The notes: a model not told the origin generated them from the sequence alone. DNA of 64,000 bases from Macrostomum lignano (GCA_002269645.1 NIVC01000808.1:186001-250000), one strand, 5' to 3'. Shown: positions 50,911-64,000, numbered from the stretch's first letter. Numbers and translations: made by a program.

Positions 50911-52449
50911 GCATTACTTACATAGTCCTATTAGTAAAAAAGTATATAAATGTTGTAAGTTTACTGACCAGCCGAGCCAAGCCAAGCGATTGTAGACAGG
51001 ATGACGACTGGTGCCCTGTTTTTTTTATATATTTTTACTATTATTCACTATAAATGCAAAAAACCGACTTAATTTCAAATAGCTACGTCTTTTATTGCAA
51101 CTTTTTTCTTAAAATTAAACTTGTTGTTTTATTCACTTCAATTTTTTAAAGATTTAACAATTGTATTTTTCTTGGAACTTGCTTTCATAAAAAATAGTAC
51201 GCAATATAGGCCCCTATAAAAATCAGGTTTCAGAGTCTGCAATTTTATTTAACGCAAAGTAAAGTAAGTATTCTATTGCCTTATAATTTTTAAGTGAGCA
51301 GGTATTCTAATGTAAAATATATTTTATATTTCTATTCGGCATTTTTACTATACTTTGATACCGAATATAGTTGTTAGGCCTACTTATGACTAGATGTCTT
51401 ATGTCAAGTGTTGTTACTTATTTTTTATTAACACAATTAAATATATACATGTTTGCTGAGTATAGAAATAGTCATTGTTTCTAGAAATTTCACCATATTG
51501 CATAAAAAAGATGCCCTTATAAAATGAGTTGGGCCCACCAAATTTGTCAACTGGTAGAAAATGTAAGCAATTGATGCCCCACTCCCAAATCTTACATGTA
51601 TGCCAGAAAATTCTGGTGAGTGGTGTGCAACAGACCTTAAAAATGGTTGGCATAAAGTATCCTTCTTCATAGTAGAATTCTAATAGAGTAGCTTGCTTAA
51701 TAAATAGGTATAAAATGAATGCCAGAACAAACATTAACTTGTTTTTATTTACTTTAATTTAATTGCCAATGCATTTCAACCCATGTAGGTCACCGCCAGG
51801 GCAGTAATGAGATTGAAAATTTTAATAAACAGTTGAATAAATATACCTGTAATAATTTAAATATACAATGACAATATCAATTAATATATATAGTTTTCAA
51901 TTCAAACAAGTTCTAACACATAGTGCAGTAGTGTATACTCTAAGCTTAAACACGCTGAGTTGGTGGTTGGCACCCCCCATAGCTAGCTGGTAGTTTGGGC
52001 TTAGGTTTTGATCTTTGATGTACATAGCCTCTAAGATGTTCAAAGTGTGCTCATGGCGGCAACAATCAATAATCTTAAATAAGATTATTCTTTAGAAGGA
52101 AAATTACATTAAAAAAGAGAAAAATGCCCATAGCCTATTAGTAGGCTAATAAGTTCAGAATCAATATTTTCTGACTTTGGAATTCATACTAGTAGCATTT
52201 TTGTAACTATATGATTTTGCCATACTTGTAGGCCTAGTAATAATAATATAGGCATGGTTTTTGCTATATTTAGGATCATAAATCATTGTTTATGAGCTTG
52301 TCTGAGCCATCTGCACAATTTAAATTAACATCTATATCCGCTTTTATAATTTAGGAAAATATTCCATATTCCATATTTTTGCAAACAAGCTGCTTTCACA
52401 TCTGCATCCACTTCCACATCTGTATCTGCTTCCAAATTTTAGTAGATGC

Positions 52450-52560
52450 CCAGAGCAAGCATATGGCGTAGGTATAGGCATACAAAAGACTAAAATGTTA
52501 TAATCCAAAAAGGGTCTTACATTATTGCAACACAATTTAATGGTATTAAAGGTCATTTTT
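52450..52560 (-). mobile_element. Possible CR1/L2 LINE RT remnant
   Basis: NVRPFLDYNILVF resembles the VRP.L[ED]Y motif. Confidence 0.3.
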
Positions 52561-54074
52561 CTGGCATACTATATAATAGATTTAAGAATGTAGAATTGAT
52601 AAAAGTCAAATTTATCAAGTAATAATAGTTCAAACAAGCTGAGCAAATTTGTCAACAATAAAATAGACTTAAAGTTGTTCCTGGCTTAGTTCAATAACAT
52701 ATCTTTTAATTTAATTAGTCAATTAAAAGTAAAATTAGGCGACGATGAAGTTTGTTTTATCTAATCTTTATCTTATGCTTTTCAAATATACTTTTTAAAA
52801 AATTTATCATTATTAAATATGCATGTTTATCTAATTTCTTTTGATTAAATATATATTTCTATCAAATATCATATGGGCTTTAGTATAAAATCACTAAATA
52901 GGTAAACTAATTGGTCATTTGGCCAAAGAGTGTTATGTTCATTGATTATGTGTGGCAAGAACTATTGAATTAAAAATGAGCTAAGATAGGCTTAGTAGGC
53001 ATTTGACTTGTCATTGTGTCATTTGCATAGTTCTTTACAATGGCTTTAAAAATAATTTAAAAATGCAAAGCAAAATTTTGGGAAAAATGAAACTTTTACA
53101 AGCATTTAGGAAAGCCTTGCATATAATTTGCTTTAATTCATCTATGTAAAAAGACTTTATACCAAATTTATCTAGATTGTTGCTAAATTTGCTTTTGTTG
53201 AATTTCTCTACATTATATTTTTGTTGCCAAATTTTTATCTCTGTTGTAAAAGTTGAATAAGGCTAAGGACCATTAATTAAATTAGTAAATAAGAAATAAG
53301 AATTAAAGTGTTCACTAGGACACCTGCTATATAAAGTATATATTTATTTGACTCAATGTCCCACACTCTACAATGCAATAACCACCCTACAATTCACACT
53401 GAGGGGGAATGCCAAGTATACACCTGATGCCTTACAAACCAGAAGGTATAAGTATATACAACTAACCATGGAAATTGCTAAAGTTGCTAAATAATGAAAG
53501 CAGAATAAAAAAAAGAATAGCTAAGACCCCAATTGTTGATTTAATTGATTGAATCTTTCATAGATATTGTCTTCTAGGTATATAAAACTAAAATCTTGGT
53601 ACTCTAACCCATTATTTGTAATATGATTATTCTTTACTTGTGTTTTGTTTCGTGTTCTATATAACAAACAACTTTGGTTAAGGCATTATATTAGAACAAG
53701 TTATTAGAGGAGAATTATTTAATTGATTTGTCTACAAAAAGATAATTCAAAGTTTAAATGCTAAACTAAACTGGTCATATATAAAAATGCAATGCATTTT
53801 TTTCACAATCTTCTCAACTAACTAGAAAAAAATCTATCCTTTGAACTTTTAAAAATATGTTTTTTATGTCCAACTAATTAACAATTGGTAGCCTACTATA
53901 CTTAAACTCAGCCTTTTGACATTAACAAACCATAAGGTGTAGTCAATTTATTGTCTAAAACATTATGAACAATAATAGTGGCATTATCTAAATTTTAATT
54001 CTTGTCTTTTATGCTCATGGATAATATTTGTGTCTGAAATGTTAATTAAAAGGTGGCCTTTCCTGATTTCAGTC

Positions 54075-57000
54075 ATGGATGATGTACCCTACCTAGTGGT
54101 AGGGACTGAAGTGAGTGCAAAGTACAGAGGTGCATTCTGTGAAGCCAAAGTGAAGCGAATTGATGAAAAGAAGGTGCAATGCAAGGTAAAACGCTTTTCT
54201 TTTGTAGCGTTTTCTCATTCTCATTCCGATTTTTAAACATTCTATGACATTTTTTCTTCACTTTTTCAACATGCTTACTAGTAGTAGCATAATTAATAAA
54301 ATCAAATTAATGATCCACCGCTCAGGTGTACATGAAGTCCACCCTGACCAGCGCTGTGGTTAGTCTAGACCAAATTGTTGCCGGTTCAGTTCGCGTCGGC
54401 GGCTCCGTCACCGTCCGGTTGAAAGAGTCCAACGAGCCGGCCAGCGCCGAGGTGCAGAAGGTGCTGGACCAGAGCACCTACACCGTAGTGTTTAACGACG
54501 GCGACCAGCGTACGCTCAAGCGAACCCAGCTGGTGCTGAAAGGCGCCAGGCACTTTCAAGAGGACGAATCATTGGACCGGCTGCCCCTCACTCATCCTGA
54601 GCACTTCGGCACTCCGGTTGGCGCCAAGTTGAGCGCTAAAAAGCGCCGACGCCGTGGTCGCCGCAACGACGACGATGGCGAGGAGGAGGAGGACGACGAC
54701 GACGATGATGATGACGAAGAAGATGACGACAACGACGGCGAGACCTCTTCGTCCGTCGACGCCGCCAAAAACGGTCAAGCTTCGCCGCCTAGGACGCGAA
54801 AATCCGCTGTCGGCTCCTTGTCAACGACGTCGTCGGCTGCGGCGGCGGCGGCGGTTGCTGCTGCGGCGGCAGCGGCGACTCCGACTAATCGAGTCGGCCG
54901 GCCGCCGAGCCTCATCGACAAGCTGATCGGCCGGGTGATGATCGCGCAGCAGGGCGAGCAGCGGCGCCCCTGCCCTGTGCTGGCCTGCCTGCCGTCTGCT
55001 AATCCTGATCTGCCGGCCGGCCGGAAGTCCCTGCTAGTGCGCAGCTTCCGGGATAATAAATTCAGTCTGGCCGTTAAGAAAGATTTGAAACCGTTCACTC
55101 GCGAGAGGGCGATTAAATCCGATGATAAGGCGTTAAAAGCCGCTTTTGAGAAGGCGCTGCAGTGGGTGAGTACTCTGTTCACTGTTGGGACTCTGGTTTC
55201 CGATCTTCTACTGCTTGCTTCGAACTAATCCCGAATCTTCAGATATTCCTCACTGATCCCAAATCCTCAGATTCATTCCTCACTGATCCCAAATCCTCAG
55301 ATTCATTCCTCACTGATCCCAAATCCTCAGATTCATTCCTCACTGATCCCAAATCCTCAGATTCATTCCTCACTGATCCCAAATCCTCAGATTCATTCCT
55401 CACTGATCCCAAATCCTCAGATTCATTCCTCACTTATCCCAAATCCTCAGATTCATTCCTCACTGATCCCAAATCCTCAGATTCATTCCTCACTGATCCC
55501 AAATCCTCAGATTCATTCCTCACTGATCCCAAATCCTCAGATTCATTCCTCACTTATCCCAAATCCTCAGATTCATTCCTCACTTATCCCAAATCCTCAG
55601 ATTCATTCCTCACTTATCCCAAATCCTCAGATTCATTCCTCACTTATCCCAAATCCTCAGATTCATTCCTCACTTATCCCAAATCCTCAGATTCATTCCT
55701 CACTGATCCCAAATCCTCAGATTCATTCCTCACTTATCCCAAATCCTCAGATTCATTCCTCACTTATCTCAAATGCGGCGTGTATTAGTATAGTTTTGTA
55801 ACAAACTCAAACTACGTTACTGTTAGTAGAAAAAGAGGAGTATTTTTGTCAAATTATAATATACAGTTGGAGACTCGCGAGCTGCCCTACAACTGGTCTC
55901 GCTCCGACCTGATTGGCGAAGAGTCCGACTCCTCTGGCGAAGAATCCGAAGCTAGCAGCGTTGACGATCCCATCGAGCAGGAGGCTCAAGACCACTGGAT
56001 TGCGCAACTGTACGGCTTTATGGACGATCGCAGCACGCCTATAGGCAAAACGCCGGCAGTTGGTAATAAAGATTTGAATCTGTTCCGGCTGTACCACCTG
56101 GTGAAGCGATTCGGCGGCTACAATCGGGTTACTAGCCAGCTGAAGTGGCGCATTGTGCACAGCAAGCTGGGTTTGCCAGCTACCAGTTCCACTACTAAGC
56201 TCAAATCCGCTTATCAACGCTACCTGCTACCGTTTGAGGAGTTCGACAAGAAGCTCGGCTCTTCGTTCACCACCGGCATTGGCGGCGGCCTGCGCGGTCG
56301 ATCGTCAATGTCGGCATCAGCGTCGGGCTCCGCGGCTGCATCCGCTGGCGCCTCTGCCGGTTCAGCGTCTGGCGCTGGCGCCGCCTCGTCCGGTATGGCG
56401 TCGCAGCACCTGGCTGGCGCGCCGGGCTCCTCCAGCGGCAGCAGCGGCCGCAACTTCTTGTCCGCCCGCGAGAAGCGCCAGTCCGGCCTGACTCCGGTGA
56501 AACGGCCGCGAGTTCAAGCCGCCGCTGCTAAGGCTAATAAGGAGGCCAAAGCTGCTAAGGAGGCTGGGAAAGACAAGGATGCCGCGTCGGTGTCTGCTGA
56601 ATCGAACTCTACCGTGGCTTCCTCGTCGACTGCCGCCGCTACCGCCACTGCCAATCCTGCAGCTGCCGACTGCGCGTCATCCACTTCAACAGCAACTGCC
56701 GCCGGCCTACTGGATGACCAAGCTCCGCCTAGTCTGTCCAGGTAGTGCTAGTAGCTTTTTAATACATTTCTGAACTATATGGTATCTGTTGCATTAGCGA
56801 CATCTTCGATATTTTAGAATATACCCCCAGTGAATATACTTGAAAATATCCGCCTCTAAACTACCGTCACATATTCAACAGAATAGGCCTTTACTTATCT
56901 TTAAAAAATCTCCGAGAATCGCCCTCAAAGTCCTGAGCATCGCCTTCAAATCAGAGAATCAGCCTCTTTAAATCTCAGAGCATCAGCCTCAAGATCTTCT

Positions 57001-60000
57001 TAGAGAATCGCCCTCAAATATTTTCAGAGAGTTGTCATCAAATCTCAGAGAACGCCCTCAAATCTCTTCAGAGAATTGCCCTCAGATCTCAGAGAATCGC
57101 CCTCAAATCTCAGAGCATCAGCCTCAAATCTCCTTAGAAAATCGCCCTCAAATATTTTCTGAGAATCGCCCTCAGATCTCCTCAGAGAATCGCCCTCAAA
57201 TCTCCTCAGAGAATCGCCCTCAGATCTCAGAGAATCGCCCTCAGATCACCTCAGAAAATCGCCCTCAAATCTCCTCAGATAATCGCCCTCAGATCTCAGA
57301 GAATCGCCCTCAGATCTCCTCAGCGAATCGCCATCAAATCTCCTCAGAGTATCGCCCTCAAATATTTTCAGAGAATCGCTCTCAAATATTTTCCGAGAAT
57401 CGCTCTCAAATCTCGGAGAATCGCCCTCAAATATCCTCAGAGAAACGCATTCATGGCTAAAATTTATCCTGAATAACCAACCCCCCAGGTCCAGCAGCGT
57501 GTTCGAACGTGTCGAAGCGCCATCAAACGCCTCGGATGTCGCCGCCGCTGCCAACGCAGCCAACAAACTTGCCGATGCTGTTGAAAGTAAGGACAACGAC
57601 GATGAAGGCAACTCGTCGGCTGGCAGCGGCGCAGGCGACGCCTACCAAGTAGACGACAAGGTGCGGGTCCGCTACGGCGAGCCCGGCCGCTACAAAGTCT
57701 ACGACGGTAGAATTGTAAAGAGATCCTGGCGCGCCAATCGGGTCAGCTATCACGTGCACTATTTCGGCTGGAATCAACGCTACGACGAGATTGTGACGCC
57801 CGATCGGATTCTCGGTCGCTGCCACCGCGGCCACGCTGTTGGCAGGCTCAACCACGGCCAGCCGCTGTCTTCGCTGCCGCCGCCGCCACCGCCGCCGCCG
57901 CCGCTTGCCGCCTCGGCTTCGAAGGCGAAATCAACGTCGAAATCGCCAGCCAGACTGCGGTCGGAGAGCGAGTCGCTGAGCAGTCCCAGCCCTGTGCAGG
58001 CGGATGTGCAGAAGGCCAGGCGAAGAAAGGTTGGTTTTGCTAGATGTATTGTTTTACGAGCTAATTTACTCAATTATAAGACTAAAAAGTTGATGCTTTA
58101 AAAAACGGTACAACCGTATCAGAAATTGGAACTTAGCTTTGGATTTCAGACATTTGAGTGTGTGAGAAAATGTGACAAGAAACCTTTTTTTTAGACCCTA
58201 AAACTACAATCTAGTGCCCCCCCTTCGGGGCGCCGAATAAGCAAGGGACGAAAATTATTAATGTGAATCCTTTAAAATGAAAGCACAATGCTCACAATGG
58301 CTATAAAGTAAATTTTCTGCTTGGCTTTAGCAAAAAGCGTATTTCTGCATTTGCTTTGCCAACAAGATTTTTCATTAGTTTCAATCTTACTACTTGTTGG
58401 CTTGCTTTACTCTGCATAGCTGGTCGGAGGCATTCACGGAGCATGTAAATTTTATGCATTATTACTAATGAGCATGTAGAAACAGTTATAACCCTCCTCC
58501 TTTTGCAACCGGGCTTGGGCCCGGCTTTGGCGGAGTACAAGAGACTGACTATCTGGGGTTTGCAAAGGCTGCTTCAAACCCCCCTCTGGCAGCATTTTTG
58601 AAATTGATAACAACAACAACAACAAAATAGGCAGCCCTGCATTCAAGGTCACAGGCTAGGCGGGTCAGATGGCGCGCCGCAGAGCTTGAGAGCGCACAAA
58701 GTCCGCCCCGTTGGCAGTGTCGGGCGCTCCAGCGTTGAATCGAAGGCAGTCCATGCATCGACGGGTTGCCTGAACGGGCCCTGCAAGGTCAGTAGCCCTC
58801 GGCACGGATCACGTGGCCCGCCAGTTGAAGTCGCAGCCGGCGCAGGATGATGGACGGGCGCTGCAGCTGGAAAGTAAAGCAGATTACTGTAGCCGCCTTC
58901 ACTGTTTGACCGCGATAGAACATTTGCACCATCACAAAAAAAGAATATCTATGTCCCTCAGCTACTGAACTTAAACTTTCAGCGACTGTGATCGGCCTAA
59001 ATGATTTCTATCTAAACTTGGACACGCCAGTTTGCCCCTATAGCCAAATAAAGCTTCAATCTTGACATGTGATCGCTGAAGTTGATGTCCCGGATGAAAT
59101 TGACCGCGCATTCTATAAACGTAAACCACCGCTTGGGTTGGACAGAATCGTCGTTTTCATCATCAGAGTCGAATTAAGCACAGTAAAGCTTGAGCAAAAG
59201 AAGACGACTCTTTAACAACTTGTCAACCACTACGAGTGTGTGTTAATTATTACTACTAGTAGGCTAACATGTACTCGTAGCTACTTAATCGAACGTTCCT
59301 CTATCGGTCTTCCAAATTGACTTTCCCAACGCCAAGCAGGTGTCGCACTCCTACGTTCAACAGCACGGCCCGAATTCGTCGCCGACAAGCTGCTCCTCGG
59401 CCGACGGTCGGGCATCGGCGGCGGCAGCGGCCGCGGCGGACACAACAGCGGCTCAGACAGCCGCCCCCGACTCTGCCGCCGTCAATCTTGACATTTTATC
59501 TTCGCCGGCGCGCCAGACGTCCAACGCTGGCGACGCCGACGACGACTGGCAGAGCGGTAAAACATCGGCCGCCGTGATGGATGAAGAAGATGACGTTGAA
59601 GACGACGACGATGAACGATGCGGAGCCGCCTCCGAGACAGCCTCGGCGACAGTTGCCTCCGCTGCTGCCGCTCGTGCCGACGCCGCGGAAAGCAGCGACG
59701 GCGGCAAAAGCTCCCTAGCCGTCAGCAGCGTCGGCGGGCGTCGTCACCGTAACGATTCCGGCTCCCGCATCGACGAAGCCGATGACGACGGCGACGTTGA
59801 GGATGAAGTTGAAGAGGAGGACGACGACGACGGCAAGTCCCGGGCAAATGGCGCCAGCGCCGCCGCTGCCGCCGGCCCCGCCAATCGTCGGAGGCCTGGT
59901 CGACGCGGACGCGCAAAAAATCAACATCAGCAGCAGCAGCGTCCGTCGTCGGCGGTGCCGCCTTCGCCGACGCCGTCGTCAGTTGCTGGCGTCGGGCAGC

Positions 60001-60488
60001 AGCAGCAGCCGGACGACGATGAGGAAGCTGACGACGACGGCGAAGACGAGGCAGCTTCGGTCACCACCGCTGCTACTGCACAGTCAACTGTGGCCTCCAC
60101 CCCGACGCCCGGCTCAGCCGGTGGTCGCCCGGCTCCGGGGTCCAAGCGACGCGCTCGTCGCAGCGTCGGCTCCTCCTTGTCGAACTCAACCGTCGCCGCA
60201 TCGGCCGGACAAACGCCCGGTCGCCGTCAGCCGGACAGGCCGAAGTATGTCCGGCCAGCCGATCAGCCGTTTGTGAGCAAATACGGCAGCTTCATGCCGC
60301 CAGACTTGGACGCTCACGATCACGCCACTCGTGTCCGGATGCTGTCCGAAGCGATCGCTCGGGTGCGCGAAGCCTGGCGCTCGGAGAAGCAGGCGCTATC
60401 GGAGCTGGACAAGCGCTACAGGCTGCAGAGGAAGCGGGCCAGGCTCGAGTCCGAGCGAGCGGCGGGTGCCGGCGGTCAGGCCAATTAG
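54075..60488 (+). CDS. ARID4: ARID4 (RBBP1-like) chromatin protein; exons 54075-54185, 54326-55165, 55867-56741, 57489-58029, 59340-60488, 1171 aa
   Basis: [21 protein letters not shown] Tudor, ARID ([15 protein letters not shown]), chromobarrel ([12 protein letters not shown]) and a C-terminal coiled coil. Junction phases are consistent (3516 nt). Confidence 0.93.
55247..55772 (+). repeat. 30-nt minisatellite TCCTCACTGATCCCAAATCCTCAGATTCAT in ARID4 intron 2
   Basis: About 17 units with CTGAT/CTTAT variants. Confidence 0.95.
56910..57445 (+). repeat. 21/24-nt minisatellite CAGAGAATCGCCCTCAAATCTCCT in ARID4 intron 3
   Basis: Direct read. Confidence 0.92.
58606..58765 (-). repeat. Second copy of the (TTG)n-tailed dispersed repeat, in ARID4 intron 4
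   Basis: Homologous to 17893-18070. Confidence 0.8.
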
Positions 60489-61914
60489 CGGTAGCAGGAA
60501 TTGGCCGGGGCATTTTCAATTTCTCGTTATCAGCATGGCAACACAGGGGTAGTTTCGGTCAACTATCACATTTGCGCCAATAGTCTGTCTGATTTGGTTA
60601 TAGTGTCTGTTTTAAGTAGTAGCTTCATTGACCGAACTGACTCCGTCTGGAGACTGCATTATAACAAACTAGTGTGCTCATTTATTGTTGCCTTTTCTAT
60701 GAAATGAAAGACGTCTCTTTATATGGCAATTAAAAAAGGCAAGTTTTCGACCGAATAATAATAAATGAACGATTCACTTAGTTTTCTACTTTCAACTCAG
60801 TAGTAAGCGACAATGTGTAAGCTATTTTATGAAAAGAATGACCAAAGTTGGAGTGACTGGTAGACAGGGCATTGTGAACGACTCACTAGTGACTCTAGCA
60901 ACGGTTCAAGCGACTCTAATACGACGAAGAGGCGACTGTTGAGTCACGAGCGCGTCGCGTGAGCTGCAGAATCAAAGCAAAAAAATTATTTCTTTCCAAT
61001 TTTACCTGTGCTACCTGCAAGGAATCTGGAATAAATCTGACGCGACGCAAAAGTGATTCTGGGACGCCGTAATGTACATTAGTCTGCGCCAAAAAAAGAA
61101 TGTACATTGCGTGAGGTATTATTTGTTTATCTGTTGCATTGCTCATATCGGTGCATACTGTGGCTAGCGATGAGCATGCATCAGCGATGTCCCCTGCTGA
61201 TTACTTCTGTCTGGCGCTATTTATGCGTTCGCTACTTGTCAAGCTCTGCTTTTCCACTGCCTGTAGATAATTATAATCACCGTACTTATTAACTTTGCTT
61301 TTCTCATGCGCGCTCTCCACTAAATTGAAAGTTTTCCGTTATTGCTTATTAATTATTAATAAATTGATTGAATTCTATATTGTGCCTGCTAGCCGTACTA
61401 GTGCAGTATTCTCTCCGCTCTCTCAGTTTCGCATCTCCAGCTGCCCCCCCCCCTGGCACGTCGGATGAACTTCCATTCAGTTTAGTCAGTTTTTATACGA
61501 AATAACAGTTGGTCTACTCCTCTATTGGCCCTCATTAATTGTATATAAGTTCATATATGGAAGCCACTTCTGGTTTGTTTCGTTTGCATTCTCCGTGTGT
61601 GTTTTTTTTTACTTTTTAATTTATTAACTGAATTATAATATAAAAGGTGGCTTAACTAAAAGCTAATTGACAAGCTTCAAATTACTGATAAAATTTTAAC
61701 TGAATGTTTATTTATTTAATTATTTATAATATTAGTAGGAAGATTGTACTTTTCTTTTTTGTTCAATTATCAGTAAGAAAACACGATTAATGATTTAGTT
61801 GGATAGCAAACAAATTACAATGACCTCATTATCCCACCTTATGACCTCACAATTCCATTCTATGATCATTTTGTTTCATTGTATGATTCTTCTATCCTTT
61901 GTCTTCACAGCTCC

Positions 61915-62360
61915 ATCGTATGACCTTACAGCTCTATCATATGATCCCACAGCTTTTCCTTATGACCCCACAGCTCCTTATAAACCCACAGCCTTTTGAC
62001 CCCACAGCTCTGCCTTATGACACCACACCTCCTTTTTATGACCCTACATTTCCTTTTTATGACCCCACAGCTCTACCTTATGACCCCACAGCTCTACCTT
62101 ATGACCCCACAGCTCTACCTTATGACCCCACAGCTCTACCTTATGACCCCACAGCTCTACCTTATGACCCCACAGCTCTACCTTATGACCCCACAGCTCT
62201 ACCTTATGACCCCACAGCTCTACCTTATGACCCCACAGCTCTACCTTATGACCCCACAGCTCTACCTTATGACCCCACAGCTCTACGTGATGACCCCACA
62301 GCTCCACCTTATGACCCCACACCTCCTTATGACCCCACAGCTCCACTTTATGACCTTACA
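61915..62360 (+). repeat. 21-nt minisatellite TTATGACCCCACAGCTCTACC upstream of the Rab9 exon
   Basis: Direct read. Confidence 0.93.
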
Positions 62361-62466
62361 CGTCTATTCTATGATTGCATAGTTTCCATTACCCCATAGT
62401 TTGATTTAGTGTACACATAGCCAAAACACGCTCTGACCATTTAGACTGAATTCCCCATTGCCGCAG

Positions 62467-63129
62467 CCGCGCTCCCAGCTACTCAAAGTGATCCTACTCG
62501 GAGACGGCGGCGTTGGCAAGTCGTCGTTAATGACTCGCTACGTGCAGCAGCGCTTCGATCCGCACCAGCATCACACCATCGGGGTGGAATTCCTAGTTAA
62601 AGAGGTCAGCCTGTCTGACGGGTCCCGGTACACCCTGCAGATCTGGGACACCGCCGGCCAGGAGAGATTCCGATCGCTGCGCACCCCGTTCTACCGCGGC
62701 GCCGACGCGTGCATGCTGGTGTACAGCCTGGAGGATTCGAAATCGTTTGCTAATTTAAACATCTGGCGTCAGGAGTTCTTTCATTATTCCGGCGTGGAAT
62801 CAGGCGAATTTCCATTTCTTCTAGTTGGCAATAAGAGCGACTCGGAGCGGGCCGCGGTGCCAGCTGATCAGGCCGAGGCCTGGGCTACAGAGCTGGATAT
62901 GCCGCACTTATTAACCTCGGCTAAGAGTGCTCACAATGTTGACCAAGCGTTTGAGCAGTTGACTAGTCTATGGGCTAAGCGTCAACTGATTGGCTTAGCG
63001 CGCGGCGGATCCGCGGATCAGGATAATGATAATGAGGTTCGCGATGTGGGCACCGTGCGAATTAGGCGAGGCGGCGGCGAAAGTGCCGCTGGCAGTGTTG
63101 GCGGCTACCGTCGTCGGTGCTGTAATTGA
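62467..63129 (+). CDS. RAB9: Rab9 GTPase, single coding exon lacking its own initiator ATG
   Basis: KVILLGDGGVGKSSLM, HTIGVEFL, WDTAGQERFRSLRTPFYRG, GNKSD, TSAK and C-terminal CCN; acceptor GCCGCAG at 62466. Confidence 0.93.
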   Translation, partial: PRSQLLKVILLGDGGVGKSSLMTRYVQQRFDPHQHHTIGVEFLVKEVSLSDGSRYTLQIWDTAGQERFRSLRTPFYRGADACMLVYSLEDSKSFANLNIWRQEFFHYSGVESGEFPFLLVGNKSDSERAAVPADQAEAWATELDMPHLLTSAKSAHNVDQAFEQLTSLWAKRQLIGLARGGSADQDNDNEVRDVGTVRIRRGGGESAAGSVGGYRRRCCN

Positions 63130-63178
63130 GACGTTCTCGGCCTTCTAACAGTAGCTTAACTTTGTTGAAAGTGAAGCT

Positions 63179-63930
63179 AATATAGCTATTTGCAGCCCAG
63201 TTGGGCTTAAGCGCATTGAATTGAATCCAAGATAGGTTTGCCAAAGTACTGGAGCTTTCGTCTATGGTAGCAGGGCTGGCACGGCGGCATTTAATTTGGT
63301 CCAACAAGCATCAATTTGGTCCGTAACTTCATTTGCAACTGCTGTGGTGGAGCAAGATCAGCCCCAGTATTGTGGGCCATATGCTAGGCTGCCGAACGAA
63401 TGTCAATTGGCTTGTGATCGAAGCGCTCAACAGAGATGAACACCCAAAGGACATTGCAAGGTTGCTGAATGTAAAAAAATAATGGTTTACAGCATCCATC
63501 AGCGCGTTGAAACCACTGCCGGCAGAAATAGCCTGCAAATGGGTGGCAATCGCCAAGGCAAGTTGCTCAAGAACGTCAAGTCCAACTGCTACTCAATGCA
63601 GTTGAGACGAACCCTTTGTTTTTCGGTGCAGAAAATGCAGCAGAAGTTGAAGGCACAGTTTCAGTTGGTTATCAGATTTTGACTATCAGCAGACCTCTGG
63701 AAAAGCGACTGAAAATTTTTGGTAGAGACGCTGACATTCCAGCGGTACGCAACAACCCACAGGTTGTGAGAAGGCAAGGAGTTTGCCTGATGGCTCACGA
63801 GCGTTTGGACCAAATTGAATGCCGCTGTGCCAGCCTTGCTGCCATAGACAGGAGCTCCAGTACATTGGCAAACCTATCTTAGAGTAAATTCAATACGCGT
63901 AGGCCCAAATGGGCTGCAAAAAGCTATATT
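63179..63930. repeat. Inverted repeat, 126-bp arms (63179-63304 and 63805-63930)
   Basis: Arms align without gaps at roughly 85% identity by manual count. Confidence 0.9.
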
Positions 63931-64000
63931 CATACCGGATTCGCTCATTCAATTCAACTTAGAAAAACTTGAACGCCAACACATTCTTAGTGGCATAAAA

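Noticed and set aside
54569-60552. Antisense and alternate-frame ORFs over GC-rich exons
   Set aside because: Shadow ORFs expected from GC-rich codon usage; no recognisable domains.

Overview
Eukaryotic (animal) genomic DNA. GC-rich, low-complexity exons, 70-140 nt minimal introns and many minisatellites resemble the flatworm Macrostomum; this species call is inference. Conserved genes reconstructed across GT-AG introns: DCTN5 (+, 2 exons), PPP6R/SAPS (+, 5 exons), PAR-1/MARK kinase (-, 6 coding exons, two single-base frameshifts), ARID4 (+, 5 exons) and Rab9 (+, no ATG before the P-loop), plus the last exon of a small PY-motif membrane protein. A mobile-element island at about 11.5-32 kb holds a decayed BEL/Pao element, a mariner relic, hAT-like, foldback and Helitron-like pieces. 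It also holds a roughly 4 kb tandem duplication carrying two paralogous secreted coiled-coil precursors with an amphipathic C-terminal peptide. A 4752 bp CACTA-like element (CCCGGTTGAAAAA TIRs, ATG TSD) carries a BEN-domain gene split by a CCC-TAA +1 site. Most introns over 350 nt contain a tandem array, usually C-rich on the sense strand and often built from 3' splice-site mimics. Most long ORFs in the track are read-throughs of these arrays. No CRISPR, rRNA or intact tRNA genes were seen.
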